A stretch of 64,000 nt of DNA, taken from assembly GCA_951406725.2 (NCBI GenBank), contig OX597815.1, positions 11,160,001 to 11,224,000 on the forward strand, in the 5' to 3' direction. This DNA comes from Octopus vulgaris. Taxonomy: Eukaryota. A model generated the notes under the pieces. It had not been told where the DNA came from. It was given only the letters and a program-made list of their open reading frames with translations, and did not search any database. The first letter of the stretch is position 1. Each line of letters opens with the position of its first letter. Below are positions 1-13,639 of this stretch, piece by piece. The position numbers were made by a program, and so were the translations under genes.

Positions 1-212
1 TCCTTCTTCTTCTTCTTCTTCTTCTTCTTCTTCTTCTTCTTCTTCTTCTTCCCTACCAAGAATTCACAACGACCTAGAACCCACAAGCGTAAACAAGAGA
101 GACAGAGACAGGCAGCAACAAGGAAAATGCCACTTGTATTTGAACACTATACAAATATTCTTTTAAAGAAACTTTCCTTTTAATTTTTTAAAATTTAATT
201 ATTTAATTGTTA

Positions 213-248
213 CAGTTGAAAACGTCTCAATGACGGAAACCGGTACTG
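213..248 (+). ncRNA. Minimal type I hammerhead ribozyme, U3:A8 core variant
   Basis: cag-TTGAAAA-cgtc(tcaat)gacg-GAAA-ccgg-TA-ctg: 3-bp stem I, 4-bp stem II, palindromic stem III ACCGGT, GUA site; the element ends in (TACA)n/(TA)n. Confidence 0.65.
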
Positions 249-358
249 AAATGTTTTTTATAAAATTATTTTAGCATTTTCTACCTTGACTTGTTTTCCT
301 TTTATATCAACTCGTGTGTTTCTTTTCATCCTTATACATACATACATACATACATACA

Positions 359-407
<49 letters not shown>

Positions 408-821
408 TATTTACAATCAAGGTGTAGAAATGACATACTCCGAATGAATAAGGTAATGTAATCTAATGGTAGAAAGAATTTCGCGAATCAGGTGTTTCAA
501 AGCCAGTCCGTGTGAGCGTACATGCATATATATTACATGTATATATATTACATGCATATATATTACATGTATGTATATATGAATGTATGTATGTATGTAT
601 TATAAGTTTGCATACATACATATACATATATATATATATACATATATATACATTAATGTATATATATTTCTTTCTCTCTCTGTATGTATGCGTGGGTGTA
701 TATGTATATATATGTATATATGTGTATGTATGTATGCATGTATATATATATATGCATATATGTAAGTACGTATCTATCTATCTATCTGTGTGTGTTTCTC
801 TCCATGTTTCTTTTCTGTGTA

Positions 822-859
822 TCTTTCCGTTGAAGAGCGTAGGCTCGAAATGTAAAAGA
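822..859 (+). ncRNA. Degenerate type I hammerhead motif in a short element (~790-957) ending in (TA)n
   Basis: tcttt-CCGTTGA-a-gagc(gtag)gctc-GAAA-tg-TA-aaaga; two core substitutions; same layout as 33259 and 43308. Confidence 0.55.
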
Positions 860-955
860 GTTGTTTTATTTATATTCCTGAGCGCCATATTAATACAATT
901 GTTTGTTTGTATTCCACCTGCCTTCGTCTTTTGTTTATTTTCATAAAGCTTCCCG

Positions 956-1098
<143 letters not shown>

Positions 1099-1224
1099 CA
1101 TATAAAGTTTTCTTTCTGTCTTGCAAATCAAGTTTGGGTTTGGTCATTCTTAAATAAGATAATTGATAAAGTGTAAACTAGATTCCAGTACTCGAGAGAT
1201 AATTTTCTTCGGATCTATAATACC

Positions 1225-1615
1225 AATCTGAAAGAAGATATTTTTGTGGACGCTCTAATCAGAGAAGTTTTCAAAAGTTAGACATCTGAAGGAAGGTTAA
1301 ACGCTGATGAGAAAATTGCGTTGCAAAGTTTAGAAAGATTCTGTGCAGTCCTTTCGAGAAATTCCAAGCCTGGAAACTATATTGAAATATTGGTTGATCA
1401 TCTTAAGTCTTATTATTGTTACGAGTGCATGCATTGGGGGACAATATGTTATTAGAAGTTCATTGTTTGGCCTCTCACTTTTTTTGCGGAAAAGTGGCGA
1501 TTTTGGTGATCATCTTCATCACAATATTCGTACCGTAGGTATTCGTTATGAAGCACCTGTTGCTCCAGCATGCTTACCTTACAAACAGTTGCTGGATCTT
1601 AAGAAAAACATGTAA
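1225..1615 (+). pseudogene. Degenerate DNA transposase C-terminal remnant, Chapaev-3/CMC-like
   Basis: Manual translation LKEDIFVDALIREV...EKIALQSLERF...GNY...DNMLLEVHCLASHFF resembles the KLKEGIFVGPQIR...MSLKIHFLHSH family; stops and frameshifts present. Confidence 0.55.
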
Positions 1616-2595
1616 AAATGAAATGCCACTCAAATCCTCTTGCCTTATATATCTCCGATTTTTGACTGTACAGTAATAAATATTTGTATTATCTATGCTG
1701 TCCTCACCTATAAATAAATAAAAATAAATATTTTACTATAAATTCAGCTGTAGTTCATACACGCTCGTTTTCAAACAATATACATATCGTAATGAAATAA
1801 ACTCTAGTGCTGTAATGGAAGCAGCAGCGCATTTACTAATGATATATTTCCTTAACTCATTAATAACCAATCGAATTCCGTTTCCATTGATCGCTTTAGT
1901 TAATGACTGTAGCATACTATGTGGATGCCAGGCTAAATATCAGGTAACTAGTGGTAGTTTGTATCGGTAAAATTTTATGGTTAAGAGAATTTGGGGCTTA
2001 GATATGTTCATATGCTGTGGAATCAAATGAAATCCAACGTTCCGAGACTGTTTGCAAAGAAAGGTTCTTTCAGAAGAAGAAACAGGCCCGGAACGTCAGA
2101 TTCGTTTCCTTCACGCAGGATACTAACTTATAAAAGTGAATACTCATAATCATGCCAGCTAACAACAACAGAGAGATTCCATTAAATTCTACAGGCGTTT
2201 TTAGATAATTTCTTAAAAAAATGTGTAAGTATAAGGATCTTTAAAAATGTAAATGTATGCGGTAACCAAACCTGTCCCAATAACGAAATGTTCCACATTT
2301 ATTCGTGTTTTGTTGCACAGACACTACTTTAATTGTTGAGATGTACATATACAAAATTCTTTTGTTTCTGTTGGATATGAACCGAAGAATATTTGGCAGT
2401 TAGAAATAACAGCAAAATTTTCAAAGCAAAACCAAATTTCATTGATACACAGTATCCGAAAAAGAAGGGCGTGATGGTCACGGCAGAACATCTCTGCTTA
2501 TAAGTTCGTTGAATAAAGGATAAACCGGGACTAAGAAATAACAGTTAAAATGTGTTTCATAATTAATGGCTAATAGTGTTCGCATGGATTAGTTA

Positions 2596-2680
2596 TACGA
2601 GGGGATGTTGAAAAGTTCCTGGCTTTAAAGATCTCGCGAAAGGCCTGGTTGGAGGACCAACCTTTGAGTTCTATTACGGG
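2596..2680 (+). mobile_element. Mariner-type terminal fragment
   Basis: TA-CGAGGGGATGTTGAAAAGTTCCTGG resembles a mariner TIR. Confidence 0.4.
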
Positions 2681-2682
2681 CA

Positions 2683-2862
2683 AAATACTTGCGGCATTTC
2701 GTCCGTGTTTACGTTCTGAGTTCAAGTTCCACCGAGGTCGACTTTGACTTTCATCCTTTCGGTGTTGATAAAATAAGTACCGCTTCAGCAGTGGGATCGA
2801 TGCAATCGACTTAGCCCTTCCACCGAAACTGCTGGCTTTGTGCCAAAATTTGAAACCATTAT
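2683..2862 (+). mobile_element. SINE family C, 5'-truncated
   Basis: gagttcaa B box and core gaggtcgactttg.ctttcatcctttcgg.gt.gataaaataagtacc shared with 11281, 21415, 24227, 26082 and 52530. Confidence 0.8.
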
Positions 2863-2995
2863 TGTCTCACATCGGAATGGATGAGAAAGTAGATTCAATC
2901 TCTCACTAAAATCATTATCATATTCGTTTTCTTCCAGTGTAAGGGAATCCAGATACGCGAAATTAAATAATATAGTGAGCTCTATAGTTATCTAT

Positions 2996-3416
2996 TACTC
3001 TCTTTTACTCTTTTACTTGTTTCAGTCATTTGACTGCGGCCATGCTGGAGCACCGCCTTTAATCGAGCAACTCAACCCCGGGACTTATTCATTGTAAGCC
3101 CCCAGTACTTATTCTATCTGTCTCTTTTGCCGAACCGCTAAGTGACGGGGACATAAACACACCAGCATCGGTTGTCAAGCAATGTTGGGGGACAAACACA
3201 GACGCACAAACACACACATGCATATATATATATATACATATATACGACGGGCTCTTTTCAGTTTCCATCTACCAAATCCACTCACAAGGCTTTGGTCGGC
3301 CCGAGGCTATAGCAGAAGACACTTGCCCAAGGTGCCACGCAGTGGGACTGAACCCGGAACCATGTGGTTGGTAAACAAGCTACTTACCACACACCCACAC
3401 ACCCACTCCTGCGCCT
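2996..3416 (-). mobile_element. SINE family A (tRNA-derived head, internal TA/TG tract, AAAAGAGT tail)
   Basis: Highly similar to copies at 20569, 43551, 55409, 59170 and 62100. Confidence 0.9.
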
Positions 3417-5117
3417 CTATATACCTATAGAGTAAAAAGTGTTTACGCTAAACAATTGCAGACGAGCAGAAACTGTTGGAGTGGAGGAAATGACAAAAAT
3501 GGACGCATAACTAAACCGGATGGTAAGAAAATGGTTGAGATGTGTACCGAGAGTTTACTTGATGTTTCTTTTATTAACATTTCCTTACACGTGTTCTTAG
3601 AGGTAAGAGTGTGTGATTGTTGTGATGTTTCAGATTGAAACATTGTCTGAACTTGAAAAAGGAAATCACAGGGGAAAATGTGGTATTACTCAGAAAACGT
3701 ATGGAGGTTTATAAAACTACAATGTTATGCACAGATTTGTCGAGGCACATCCTAATTTTCTCACTTTGGTAGAATCAGTAAAACAACAGTTAACAATGCA
3801 TTTTACTATACAGAGATGTGGTTCAAATCCCATAGAGGACTTCAATTCTTCGGAGTCAAGAAAACATAGATAAAAATAATTTTACCAAAATTTACTGCTA
3901 TGTGTATATATTACATCTGTATACAAGGGTACCAGATTCTTGATGGACAGAGTCTATTTCTTTTGGAAATGCTTTGATTCTTTTCTATAAATACTTTACC
4001 ACTACTCTAACGGTTTCTGCTTATCTGATCTCCCAAGACGTTGGCAGAGTATCAGCCGTGTCGTTTTCAACAGAAAGGTTCTCCCCCAGAAGTCATCACG
4101 TCGTTCTTCCATACTATATGTAAATAATTTAATAAGTATTAACAAGTATTTCAATACAATTATCAGGAATACAATAAAACTGGTGATGGCCAGTGCGACT
4201 ATATAGTAAATGCGTTCTCATACCAAGTGGAATTAATTATTTTGGCGTGTGGAAAAGAAGTCTAATACTTCTGGCAGATATGTAGGAATGAGGGCAAATA
4301 AGAGAGCCTTTATACAGCAGTTACATCTGCTATAAATAATAACCAAATTTTCCAAAAATCATGCCCTGCAATTTTATAAATATAGATTTATCGGATAATA
4401 TCCTAAATAATTTTTGTCTTGTATTCTATGTATATTCACACCTAGGTTGTTTTGTAGGAATATTACATCGGTTCCAATAATTGAGTGGTAATCCATTTTA
4501 TCAAACTGTGAGGAAGAAAGGCAAAGATAACTTCTGTGGGATAACTTCAGAGAAAAATGTTTTTGACTATATACGATTCTGCTCTAACGATCCGACGCTC
4601 TAAGGATTTTGCTACTTCAACGCCTAAATTGTCTGTGAACAAAAAATGATTAAGTCTGGCCTTGGACTAACTAGACGGACAGTTATGTTGCTATATTTGC
4701 TTCGAACATTCAATTAGCCACTATCAATGGCTATATTGGCGTACAATATTTAAAATATCTATATATTTCTTAATTACAGTTTGCTTCCCCTGTGCTTCAG
4801 AGTGAAAAGTAGCCATCTATTTTAATTAATAAAAAAATAATTAATGTAATTCTTCATACGAAATAGTATGGTATCTCAGAGATAATGATTTAGTATCAGT
4901 ATCTCAACATTCTACTCTTAAGCTATCTACTGATAATGAGTTGATGATGTGCACGTGACATAGCTTCGAAATCAAAGCTAAATCGATTGTGAATTATTTC
5001 AATTAATTATAAAGCCGTCAGTTATAAAGATACGATGAAGATAATGAAGTATACATATATGCATACATGCATGCATAGATACATACATGCATACATACAT
5101 ACATACACATACATATA

Positions 5118-5161
<44 letters not shown>

Positions 5162-5201
5162 TATATATATATATAAATATGTACAGAAAATTAACATATA
5201 T

Positions 5202-5249
<48 letters not shown>

Positions 5250-5714
5250 AAATAACATATATACACAAATAAACAGATACATGCAACACTACTTACAAAT
5301 ATAAAAGAGAGGGAGAGAGAGGGGGACATATACATAGACGCACAAACACACCCACATACACATTAGGCACCGTGAAAACAAACAGTTTTTGAAGAGCCAA
5401 AAGGCAAATTTTTTGAAACATATGAAAACACCGAAGCATTGAAGCAGTCTTTCGAAGAATAGAATTGAGAAACTGGAGACAAGGAAGAAAATTACGATGA
5501 CATTCTAAGACTAATATTGGTAAAAAATAACTTTCTAATGTTGTTGGTACTCGGATGGATGGTTGGTAAATCGAGTGAGGGCTCATTATATAATTATGCA
5601 TTGATGACAAATAAATCCATTATGAATAAACATCCCCGGTCATTTTCATTTAATGTGAAAACTGTTTATATATATAATGTATATATATATATCCTTGTCC
5701 TGAAGATAATGATA

Positions 5715-7350
5715 TATATAGGAGAGGGAAAATGATAAGGCAGAATGCTAAGCTAAGAGTAAATTTTAATAAAAATGGGTGTATGAAAAATTAAAAATGA
5801 AATCAAATCAGCTTTCGCTGCAAGGCAAATTTTCAAGATTTGGAAGGGAAAAAATTGTTTTTTAAATTGTGAAAGGGGAAAAAGAAATTTACATTGTTTT
5901 TTCAAAAAAAATAATAAATATATACAAAAATTAATAAATAAGTATACCAATACATTGTAGTGTCTTTATGCTTTTAGGGTTCAATATTAGTACTTGGAAA
6001 AACTTCTTTGGAGGATTAGGATGCATGCGTTTTGGTGTGGTGTTTTGTTTGGAAAGGTTGGATGTTTATGAGTCAAAATAGGAAATGGGGTAGGAGTTAT
6101 CCAGTTCCTGTGAGTAAGGGGAGATAATTCTGTGAATTTTATATTCTTTAATTGCAATGCTGGTTTGTTTGTCAAACAGGATGCTTATATCAACTTTTTG
6201 TAAGACAGGATGCTAGAAAAAGGAATGCGGTCACTGTGGAGTTTGTATATTAAGAAGCGTTTGGAATTTTTCAATAAAAAGATTCTCCTTGTTGATTCTT
6301 TTTTGTGTAGAGATTCTGTCTTTACATTGATAGAAAGGGAATATATGAAATTTGGGATTTTTATTTCTAGCGTAAGAGTCTATGTGGCTACTGAGTGGAT
6401 TTTAAGGTATTGTGGGAGATTTATCTGTTCTTTATGGACTGCTACTCTTCTGCGTAAAGGAAGGCTCGTTTGTCCGATATAATTGTGTTGGCAACCGGCG
6501 CATGTAAGAGGGTAAATGAGGTTTTGATTTTAAACATTGATCCTTGTTTGAAAGTAAATTCAGAGCCTTGAAGTAGGAAGGGACAGGTACCACAGTTAGG
6601 GCGTGCCCACTTAATAATTGTTGGGGTGGATGTGGTGTGTGAAGTTTGGCATTTGTTAAGAGTTTTTTCAATGATTTATGTTGCCCTTTGCATTTAAGCA
6701 TTTTATGTGTATTAATAATATTATTCATTTTGGGGTCTGTGGACAGTAAGGGGAGGTTTTGTATGATTGTGGTGCATGATTCGATGTTTTGGGAGCTGTG
6801 GGTAGAAATGTATGGAAGTATTTTGAGTTTGGGTATGTTACTGTGTTGGGTAGTTTTCAGTGTATTATTGTCGATTTCCTTGGTACGTTTTATTCCATAG
6901 TCTATGAGTGTGGAGGGATTTGGGCGTTGTAATAGTGTTTTTGTGAGGTCATGAAGGCGTATTGTTGGATCCGAGACAATGGTGCAAATCCTTTTAGCTA
7001 ACTTGAAGGGGATATTTTTAAAGGCGAGTTGTTGGATCCGAGACAATGGTGCAAATCCTTTTAGCTAACATAAAGGCGATATTTTTCTTGGTGTGTTTTG
7101 GGTGGCATGAAATGAAGAGGATGTATTGTTGTGAGTCTGTAGGTTTGTGGTAGATGTCGGTTGTGATTTAGTTGTTAGGTGTTTTTTATAATTACAAGAT
7201 CAAGAAAACGGAGATGATGTTTACTGAATTCCATAGTGAACTGAATGTTGGAATGTATGTTGTTAAGTGTGGTTTTGAATTCCAGAAGTTTTTCATAAGA
7301 TTCTTTCCATATGATGAAACAATCATCTAGGTGTCTTTTGTATCCTTTTT
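5715..7350 (-). mobile_element. 5'-truncated Penelope-like retroelement: RT C-terminus, GIY-YIG endonuclease and 3' UTR
   Basis: Minus-strand translation RHLDDCFIIW...IQFTME...FLDL...TDIYHKPTD...CHPKHTKKNI; NIPFKLAKRICTIVSD; YIGQTSLPLRRR...H...KENLFIEKFQTLLN; frameshifts; ~39-bp internal duplication at 6964/7031. Confidence 0.9.
5804..5842 (-). ncRNA. Degenerate hammerhead motif (U3:A8) in the PLE 3' end
   Basis: rc: caaatc-TTGAAAA-tttgccttgcagc-GAAA-gcT-gatttg; 6-bp stem I, N17 missing, weak stem II. Confidence 0.45.
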
Positions 7351-7399
7351 GTATCCTTAGATCTAAATAAGAATATTTATAAGCCTTATAGGAAATCCA

Positions 7400-8947
7400 A
7401 TGATAGTCTTAGTTATATTAACGTGGGTTCCTGCCATCCCCCATAGTGTTTCAAATTTAGTTAGAAACATTAGCAAAAGAATTTCTAGCCTCTCCTCCGA
7501 TAGGGACATTTTTAATAGTGTTGCCTCAGTATATAATAAGGCTCTAAAAGATAGTGGATTTAGCGAGGAAATAACCTATACACCTGCCACCAGTCCACTA
7601 ATAAAGAGGAAACATAGGAATAGGAAAACTATCAGGTTCATACCCCTTACTCACCCGAAGTGACCTTCAATATAGGCAAGTATTTCTTAGCGCTGGTCGA
7701 TAGACATTTTCCAGTCAGCCATAGTTACAGAAGGCTCTTCAATAGACATAACTTAAAAAACAGTTTCAGCTCAACTACTAATTTAAAAAATATAATCGCA
7801 CACAATACACAAAAAAACACAATATGAAACCAGCTGTTCATGCAGGGATAAAAATTTGTGCCCGCTAAATGGAGCTTGCATGTCCGATACCATCATTTAT
7901 GAAGTCACCGTGGACTCTATATCTACTAAGGACACGGTTTCGATGAAGAAATACGTGGGTCTTACAGAGGGTAATTTCAAGGACGGGTTCAATAATCACA
8001 CCTTGAGCTTCAGGTAGTGGGATAAAAGGAAAACGACCAAATTATCCAGTCATATATGGTCCTTAAAAGATAAAGGTGTCAGTTACAACATCCATTGGAA
8101 GATCTTAGCCACGTGTAAGCCCTACACCAACGGCAGTGGAAAGTGCAGTCTTTGTGATATGGAAAGATGGCTCATCTGGAAAAGCAGCTTAGACCCTACT
8201 ACATGTCTGAATTCAAGAACTGAACTTTTCGGATCATGCCCATATCTGGCTAAATATTTGTTACGTATCCCCGAGATTACAGATAGGACTTGCTTTCTAT
8301 ATCGTGTCCACGTACAAGCTCTTTATCGCTGTCTATACTTTTTACCTATATATCTTTATATTTTTTTATATGTATCTATATATTTTTTACATATTTATAG
8401 AGATATTGTTTTTTAGGTTTATTGCTCATATATTTTTTACACATATTTTTTCTCTATTCTACCTTCCATCCTGCATTTTCCCCTGTGCGTATATAGACGT
8501 GTACATGGAATCCTTTGTGCGCGCGTGTGGATGTGTGCGGGTATGCACACATCTTATTGCTCTTATTGCTTATTTTTTGTATACGTCTTTATATATTTTT
8601 ATGTATTTTGCCTTTAGCCTTGTTTTTTCTTGTGCATGTGCCTATATAGACGTGTATATGAACCTTTTTACTCCCTTATCTTTACTCGCAGTCATTCTAA
8701 TAGCTCTTTTGCCTTAATAACGGATAATCACACAGTAATTTCCTTTTGTTTAACGGACATTTTCATAGCATTTTTTCGATGGCCAGATAACTGAAGAGAT
8801 GGCGGCGTGGGTTTCCGCCCCGACATCCGAAACTCGGAGTTTTATCATGACTACCGAATAATTATCACATATTATATTTACAGATAAATTTTTCTATTTA
8901 CATAATATCGAGGTCTCTTTCATTCTTTTGTTGTCTTAACATTTTTA

Positions 8948-8950
<3 letters not shown>
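7400..8950 (+). mobile_element. 5'-truncated Penelope-like element (Naiad-like), thumb, GIY-YIG and pLTR with HHR
   Basis: ISKRISSLSSDRDIF...YNKALKDSGF; NIGKYFLALVDRHFP; CSCRDKNLCPLNGAC...IIYEV...YVGLTEGNFK...LSSHIWSLKD...HWKIL...KCSLCDMER...LNSRTELFGSC; ends in (TA)n. Confidence 0.9.
8786..8846 (+). ncRNA. Type I hammerhead ribozyme with intact core
   Basis: gataa-CTGAAGA-gatg...catc-c-GAAA-ctcggag-TT-ttatc; 5-bp stem I, GC-rich stem II, near-palindromic stem III, GUU site at 8839-8841; downstream of the PLE ORF. Confidence 0.85.
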
Positions 8951-8999
<49 letters not shown>

Positions 9000-9598
9000 C
9001 AATATATATATATATGTATCAATATATATATATATATATATAGATTATCATCGGATGTGATGGCGTGCTGGCGTGCGGCCTAGTGTTTTGAGTGTTTGGC
9101 TCACGGTCACGATGTCATAGACTCACCGGTCAGACCGAGCGACACGATTTTATTTTGTGAGTTCTAATTATGTATTCCATATGATCAAAGAATCTTTCTT
9201 GGTTATGCGTTGTGATAGGATATTTTGTTGATGAAGAAATCGATGCTATCACGTTCCCACTGGATTTTTTTTCTTTTGCTGTCTTCGTTCATAGAAGAAA
9301 CGCTGTATTGACATATGTGTAGACGGAAGTTGAAGAAAAATTAAAGCATTTTATCATCTACCCAGCCATGGGAATTATTTGAGGTATTAGCGAATAAATC
9401 CTTATTTTACAAAAAGACAATAGTGGTCGACTTGAATGAGTTTTGAGAATACCAGATATGAAGTGTTGGTCACATACGGCTGTATCTGTGCACGCTACGT
9501 GACTGGATGCCCCTAACTCAAGAAATGTGTCCTCCCCAAGCAGGTAGTTTTGAGATTAGTACCAACGCAGCCTTTCAAATGCGAAGTGTAATGACATT

Positions 9599-9825
9599 CT
9601 GTTGTGTCTGGGGAGAGTCATTTTCTTTTTGTGCCTTATAATGTAACACACTCACCGGTAAAATTTCCACTTATTTCTTATTTTTATTGTTCTAATATTT
9701 TCGTTGCGTCTTGCAACCTTTTCAATAGTCTTGATTCTGAAAATGACTCTCCCCAGACACAACAGAATATGCTTCAACACACGAACTCATATAGAGAATC
9801 TTGCAAACCAAATCCCAAAGCTAGA
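9599..9825 (-). mobile_element. ~230-bp PLE-type short element with a 12-bp TSD, a 30-bp inverted repeat and a hammerhead motif
   Basis: TGTAATGACATT at 9587-9598 and 9826-9837; perfect IR 9596-9625/9739-9768; rc HHR 9692-9728 cta-TTGAAAA-g-gttgc(aagac)gcaac-GAAA-atat-tag with U16.1 lost. Confidence 0.75.
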
Positions 9826-9965
9826 TGTAATGACATTGTTTTCGCCAAATTTTTCCATAGAAAGTGATTATTTGTGAGTGATATAGGAAAGTAGATTTGC
9901 CTATGTGGAAGCTGTGCGGGTAAGAATGTGACTCAATGTTTTGAAAAGATGTATGTTAACGATTG

Positions 9966-10035
<70 letters not shown>

Positions 10036-10519
10036 TTTTGAACAATTGAAAGAGAAAAACTCTAAGATTCTCAGAGTGTAGTTTGTTAACTTTCTATAAC
10101 ACTTGAGATGCTGATCGCTTGTTATCAGAAGATGGTTGTAGAACCCTATAGCATGCCGCCTAAGTTCTAGACTGAGCTCGCAGGCTATGCAATGCACAAA
10201 GACAACTTTTGCACATACGCTATCTGTGCATGAGTTGCGGGGGAGGATAAAAGCTAGCCAGTTGCTATCGGGTAGGTGTTCGATTTTATTTTGTTGGTAG
10301 TGTTCTTCGGCTGTACTACTGTAGCGCAGTGACATGTCAAATATTTGTGAGATTTGGTGTTATCAGCTTCCCATTTGGGATGTAGAAGCACACGCTTGAA
10401 AGGATACTACCGGCTGCTTAGTTAACTTTCTGGGGTTGTTTGGAATGATGAAAATTTGTTGTCAGGAATAGTTATTGTAAACTGGTCGAGGTCCACACTG
10501 TGTGTGTGTGTGTGAGAGA

Positions 10520-10581
<62 letters not shown>

Positions 10582-11089
10582 ATGCATTTATGTTCAGCAA
10601 AATTAGTGTCTTAGATTTGTGAATAGTATTTTAATGTGCACCACACGTGAATTTTCCTACATGACGAGTAACTGATGAGGCTACCAAGTATTTTTGTGAC
10701 CATTGAAATTAGTCTAGCTTTCGGTAAAACGAATTTTGGCATCTAAATATATCTCAACTAAATATACATCTTTAATCATCAATTCGTCTTTATGTATTTA
10801 ATAGGCAAGCGGTCACTCACCGACACCTTTCTCTCTCCTCACTCTGACTTCACATTATTAGTATCTCATCTCATCATCTGTATTTACATAATCACTTTTC
10901 CCGCTCCTTCCAGTTCTTTTTATACGGATAGTTTGCCGCTTTTCCACAAGCAAAAATAAACAAACACATATCAAATGCATCAATCTAATCAGCCTTGGAG
11001 GTCCACCAGAAGTCATGGAACAACTTCGTAACCAGATTAAAGCATCGGAAAGAAGTTTAGATTAGATTAAAGTAATCTAAAAGTGGTTT

Positions 11090-11590
11090 ATCTGCACCTA
11101 TATTATGTAGACCTAAATGTAGCTAACGTAGTTTACGTGGACGTAGCTTATCTTGACTTAGTTTATCTAGATCTAGCTTATCTAAACTTAGCTGATCTAG
11201 ATCTAGTTTATCTTTGTCTAACTTAACTAAGTTGAGCCTATTTAGACCTAGCTTATCTATGGCCAACTTATGTATGTCTACCTATTTCTTTACTACCCAC
11301 AAGGGGCCAAACACAGAGAGGACAAACAAGGACAGACAAACGGATTAAGTCGATTATATCGACCCCAGTGCGTAACTGGTACTTATTTAATCGACCCCGA
11401 AAGGATGAAATGCAAAGTCGATCTCGGCGAAATTTGAACTCAGAACGTAGCGGCAGACGAAATACTGCTAAGCATTTCGCCTCGCGTGCTAACGTTTTTG
11501 CCAGTTCGCCGCCTTCTTTCTGCCAGTTTGCCAACTTATGTATGTCTAGCTTATCTAGACTTAGCCTTTACCTAGCATTAATGTAATTTC
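11090..11590. repeat. Degenerate ~15-bp minisatellite (CTAGACTTAGCTTAT-like) interrupted by a SINE
   Basis: Repeated tagcttatctagac variants at 11140-11260 and 11545-11580. Confidence 0.7.
11281..11529 (-). mobile_element. SINE family C with a ~19-bp TSD
   Basis: Reverse complement of the 24227 copy; gccaacttatgtatgtcta at 11262-11280 and 11530-11548. Confidence 0.9.
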
Positions 11591-12305
11591 AGTTATAAGC
11601 AATGATCTTACCTGGTTCTAAAGTATGTGGATTTCTCTTATCATGTCTACTTTGCTGCATTTAATCACAGACTGGTTCACTGGAATTCTGTTTCAACCTA
11701 AACCACGAAAGATAATATCGTTTACATATGTAGACAAGAATAATTGAAAATATATTTCACCTATAATGATTTAGATTTTTTTCTAAACTTTTATCCTATA
11801 AACCTAGCTTCTATATACATACATACGCGCATATACACACATACACACACACATATGTACAAACATATGTACAGACACACGGAAACACACGCATACACAC
11901 ACCTTATCTCGATATATACGCGAAAAAAATCAATATAGTTACCATCATGGAACAACAGGTTTCAAAGCGATCCTGAAAAGCAAAAAAAGTAACGATTCTG
12001 TTTCAGAAAGGAAATTTAAAATAAATTAATGCAACACTCATTGACAATGGTGTTGACAGCAACGATAATGATGGCGACAACATGGTATATTGTTGATGGT
12101 GATGGTCATGATGGCAGTAGTCCTGATGTTAGGTGACATTATTAATAATGAAGTAGTCGTTTTACTCAAACGCGGAAACATCCTCTCCACAGTAGGTGAC
12201 ACTGAGACTGAATACTCCATCCGTTTTAAAGCCGACTACTAATATCCAGAAATTGTAAACAGGGAAATAATTCAAGAGATTCACGTTATTGGTTGATGGC
12301 TGGCA

Positions 12306-12352
<47 letters not shown>

Positions 12353-12393
12353 AATAATGATGATGATAATGATGATGATGATGATAATGATGG

Positions 12394-12433
<40 letters not shown>

Positions 12434-12538
12434 AATAATAATAATAATAATGATAATAATAATGATGATAATGATGATGATGACGATGATGATGATGATG
12501 ATGATGATGATAATAATGATGATAATAATAATAATAAT

Positions 12539-12612
<74 letters not shown>

Positions 12613-12815
12613 GAAGAAGAAGATGATGATGAAGAAGAAGAAGAAGAAGAAGAAGAGGATGAAGAAGAAGAAGAAGAAGAAGAAGAAGAAGAAGAAGAAG
12701 AAGAAGAAGATGATGAAGAAGGAGAAGAAGAAGAAGAAGAAGAAGAAGAAGAAGAAGAAGAAGAAGAAGAAGAAGAAGAAAAAGAAGAAGAAGAAGATGA
12801 AGATGAAGAAGAAGA
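12306..12815. repeat. Compound trinucleotide array (GAT)n-(AAT)n-(AAC)n-(AAT)n-(GAA)n
   Basis: Read directly; ~510 bp kept in one triplet register. Confidence 0.95.
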
Positions 12816-13639
12816 ATAGGTCCGGGCTAAATAGCATGGACTTACATTAAGAAGCTCTCTCTTCAAAACAAACTCAATCCAATAACATCGGTGCGATGGA
12901 AGGAAAACTTCGCAATACAACCGTGGGAAAAGTTCTGTTAAAGCAGAAAAAAAACCGAAAAGATTTTTGTTATATAAAGTATAGTTTCTTTCTTAAATGC
13001 ACGCTGTATCAATGCAGCATACGCGACAAGTCGAAACCAGCATTAGGAAACCTGGAAAAACACCTCTTACACAGTAAGTTCGTAATTTGAATAATTACCT
13101 ATACATGCAACTCTCCACGCATCCATGTACATATGTTGATATTTATAAGCAGCATAAATAATGCCTGCACGATACACACGTAGACACACAGAAAACAAAA
13201 GGAAACACGCACCACGAGCGACGCCTTTCCAAAAAAAAAAAAAAACAAAGCGACTTCCCTCAAACGAATATAAAAAAGAGCAAATTAGTCCCTCAGTTCA
13301 AAACATAACCAAACAGTTATGCATGGAAACCTAGCTACCAAAAAAAAAAGAGGCGATTTCCAATCTATCGGCCTACAATATGATAGATATATCCATTCGA
13401 AGAACAAAGAAATGGTGTCAAGTCAAGAGGTCAACTCTGGACTGTCAATGCTTTAATGACAACCCGAAATTCATGCCGGATCTGTCATCACTCGGGACAA
13501 GGACCGCATTACTCAGTGGGGAACCAGACTTGGATCGAAAAGTCTGCCGCTGGAATAAACTCTAAAATAAAAAGCATCTACTAGGGTAACCAGATCCATG
13601 TTAACCCTAACCCTAGTCCTGTAGTGGCATCACCAAAAA

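Noticed and set aside
3461-3522. Possible exon ttgcAG...GATG|GTAAGA
   Set aside because: Weak polypyrimidine tract and no recognisable peptide
9901-10460. Minus-strand ORF faintly like a GIY-YIG linker
   Set aside because: No YIG motif; too degenerate to call
10666-10725. CTGATGA...GAAA possible hammerhead
   Set aside because: Stems I and II do not pair convincingly and there is no clear UH site; at most a heavily decayed copy
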